Origin: a plasmid
Direction: 5' to 3' (one strand)
Sequence record: NZ_CP129890.1
DNA length: 46,212 bases
How positions within the stretch are numbered: the first letter of the stretch is position 1; each line of letters opens with the position of its first letter. The notes beneath the pieces were generated by a model. That model did not search any database, was not told the DNA's origin, and saw only the letters and a list, made by a program, of their open reading frames with translations. Made by a program: the position numbers and the translations under genes. Shown here piece by piece: positions 46,063-46,212 of the stretch.

Positions 46063-46212
46063 AAACGACGTTCGGGCCGATCGGCCCTGTGCAAAACGAT
46101 AGGAAGCGACAGTTTTTTTAAAAGCCTTTCTAATAGCGAATCAGCTGTCGGGTCTGGTTTATCTCGCCACATATCGTAATAGCGGTAGACGGTATGCCAT
46201 TCCGGGAAATCG
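46059..46212 (-). CDS. IS5-family transposase OrfA, C-terminal part (N-terminal part at 1..167)
   Basis: Continuation of the frame from the window start. ~103 aa in total in this copy. Confidence 0.6.
   Translation of the reverse strand, partial: DFPEWHTVYRYYDMWRDKPDPTADSLLERLLKKLSLPIVLHRADRPERRL

Larger units (their letters stand above)
45584..46212 (-). mobile_element. IS5-family insertion sequence, right-end 629 bp (junction-spanning copy; continues at 1..230)
   Basis: IR agaacctgtctagcatc at 45584.. Sequence is the revcomp of 39220..39848 with few differences. 629+230=859 bp, the length of the internal copy. Confidence 0.8.

Noticed and set aside
1-46212. CRISPR arrays, tRNA/rRNA genes, prophage structural genes
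   Set aside because: No regularly spaced short direct repeats, no cloverleaf-like or rRNA-like segments, and no capsid/terminase-like ORFs were seen.

Overview
The window reads as a complete circular ~46.2-kb mobilizable theta plasmid from a Lactobacillaceae host. The gene content suggests the Lacticaseibacillus casei/paracasei/rhamnosus group, but that is inference.

Circularity is supported by an IS5-family element split across the two window ends: 230 bp of its left end sit at 1..230, 629 bp of its right end sit at 45584..46212, and together they rebuild the 859-bp internal copy at 38990..39848 exactly across the junction.

Backbone:
- RepA_N-type replicon: repA 10697..11755 with three 15-bp palindromic iteron cores inside the coding sequence, and repB downstream.
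- parA and a small parB-like gene, with upstream centromere-like repeats.
- A serine resolvase with a candidate res palindrome.
- A six-gene mobilization operon on the minus strand (two RHH proteins, an accessory protein, a relaxase, a small ORF, and an ArdC/HExxH/Toprim fusion). A hairpin-rich oriT candidate lies upstream. No T4SS or coupling protein is present.

Cargo:
- A sortase-dependent pilus operon (tip vWFA adhesin, minor pilin, major pilin, class C sortase) with the gene order and sizes of spaCBA-srtC1.
- An LPXTG-anchored GH3 glycosidase.
- The lacTEGF lactose-PTS operon with promoter, cre-like site and RAT/terminator.
- The cysK-ctl-cysE cysteine/methionine cluster.
- A FAD disulfide oxidoreductase.
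- A PNPOx-family protein.
- A small gene block of BRCT, zinc-ribbon and endoV-like (TIGR02328-like) proteins.
- A putative DNA methyltransferase preceded by a small acidic gene.

The plasmid is heavily remodelled by insertion sequences:
- Two IS30-family copies (17345..18386 and 31140..32190), plus three IS30 right-end scars.
- A second IS30-family type (about 33733..34884).
- A full IS110-family element and a truncated one, each next to a GC-rich structured non-coding segment.
- Two ISL3 remnants.
- Several genes truncated or interrupted: a GT2 glycosyltransferase, a Y-family polymerase, two adhesin fragments and the small acidic gene.

The most notable unexplained signal is a 24-codon upstream ORF with three consecutive Cys codons (5 Cys in total) lying between a strong promoter and an intrinsic terminator in front of cysK-ctl-cysE. 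This looks like a cysteine-sensing leader-peptide attenuator.
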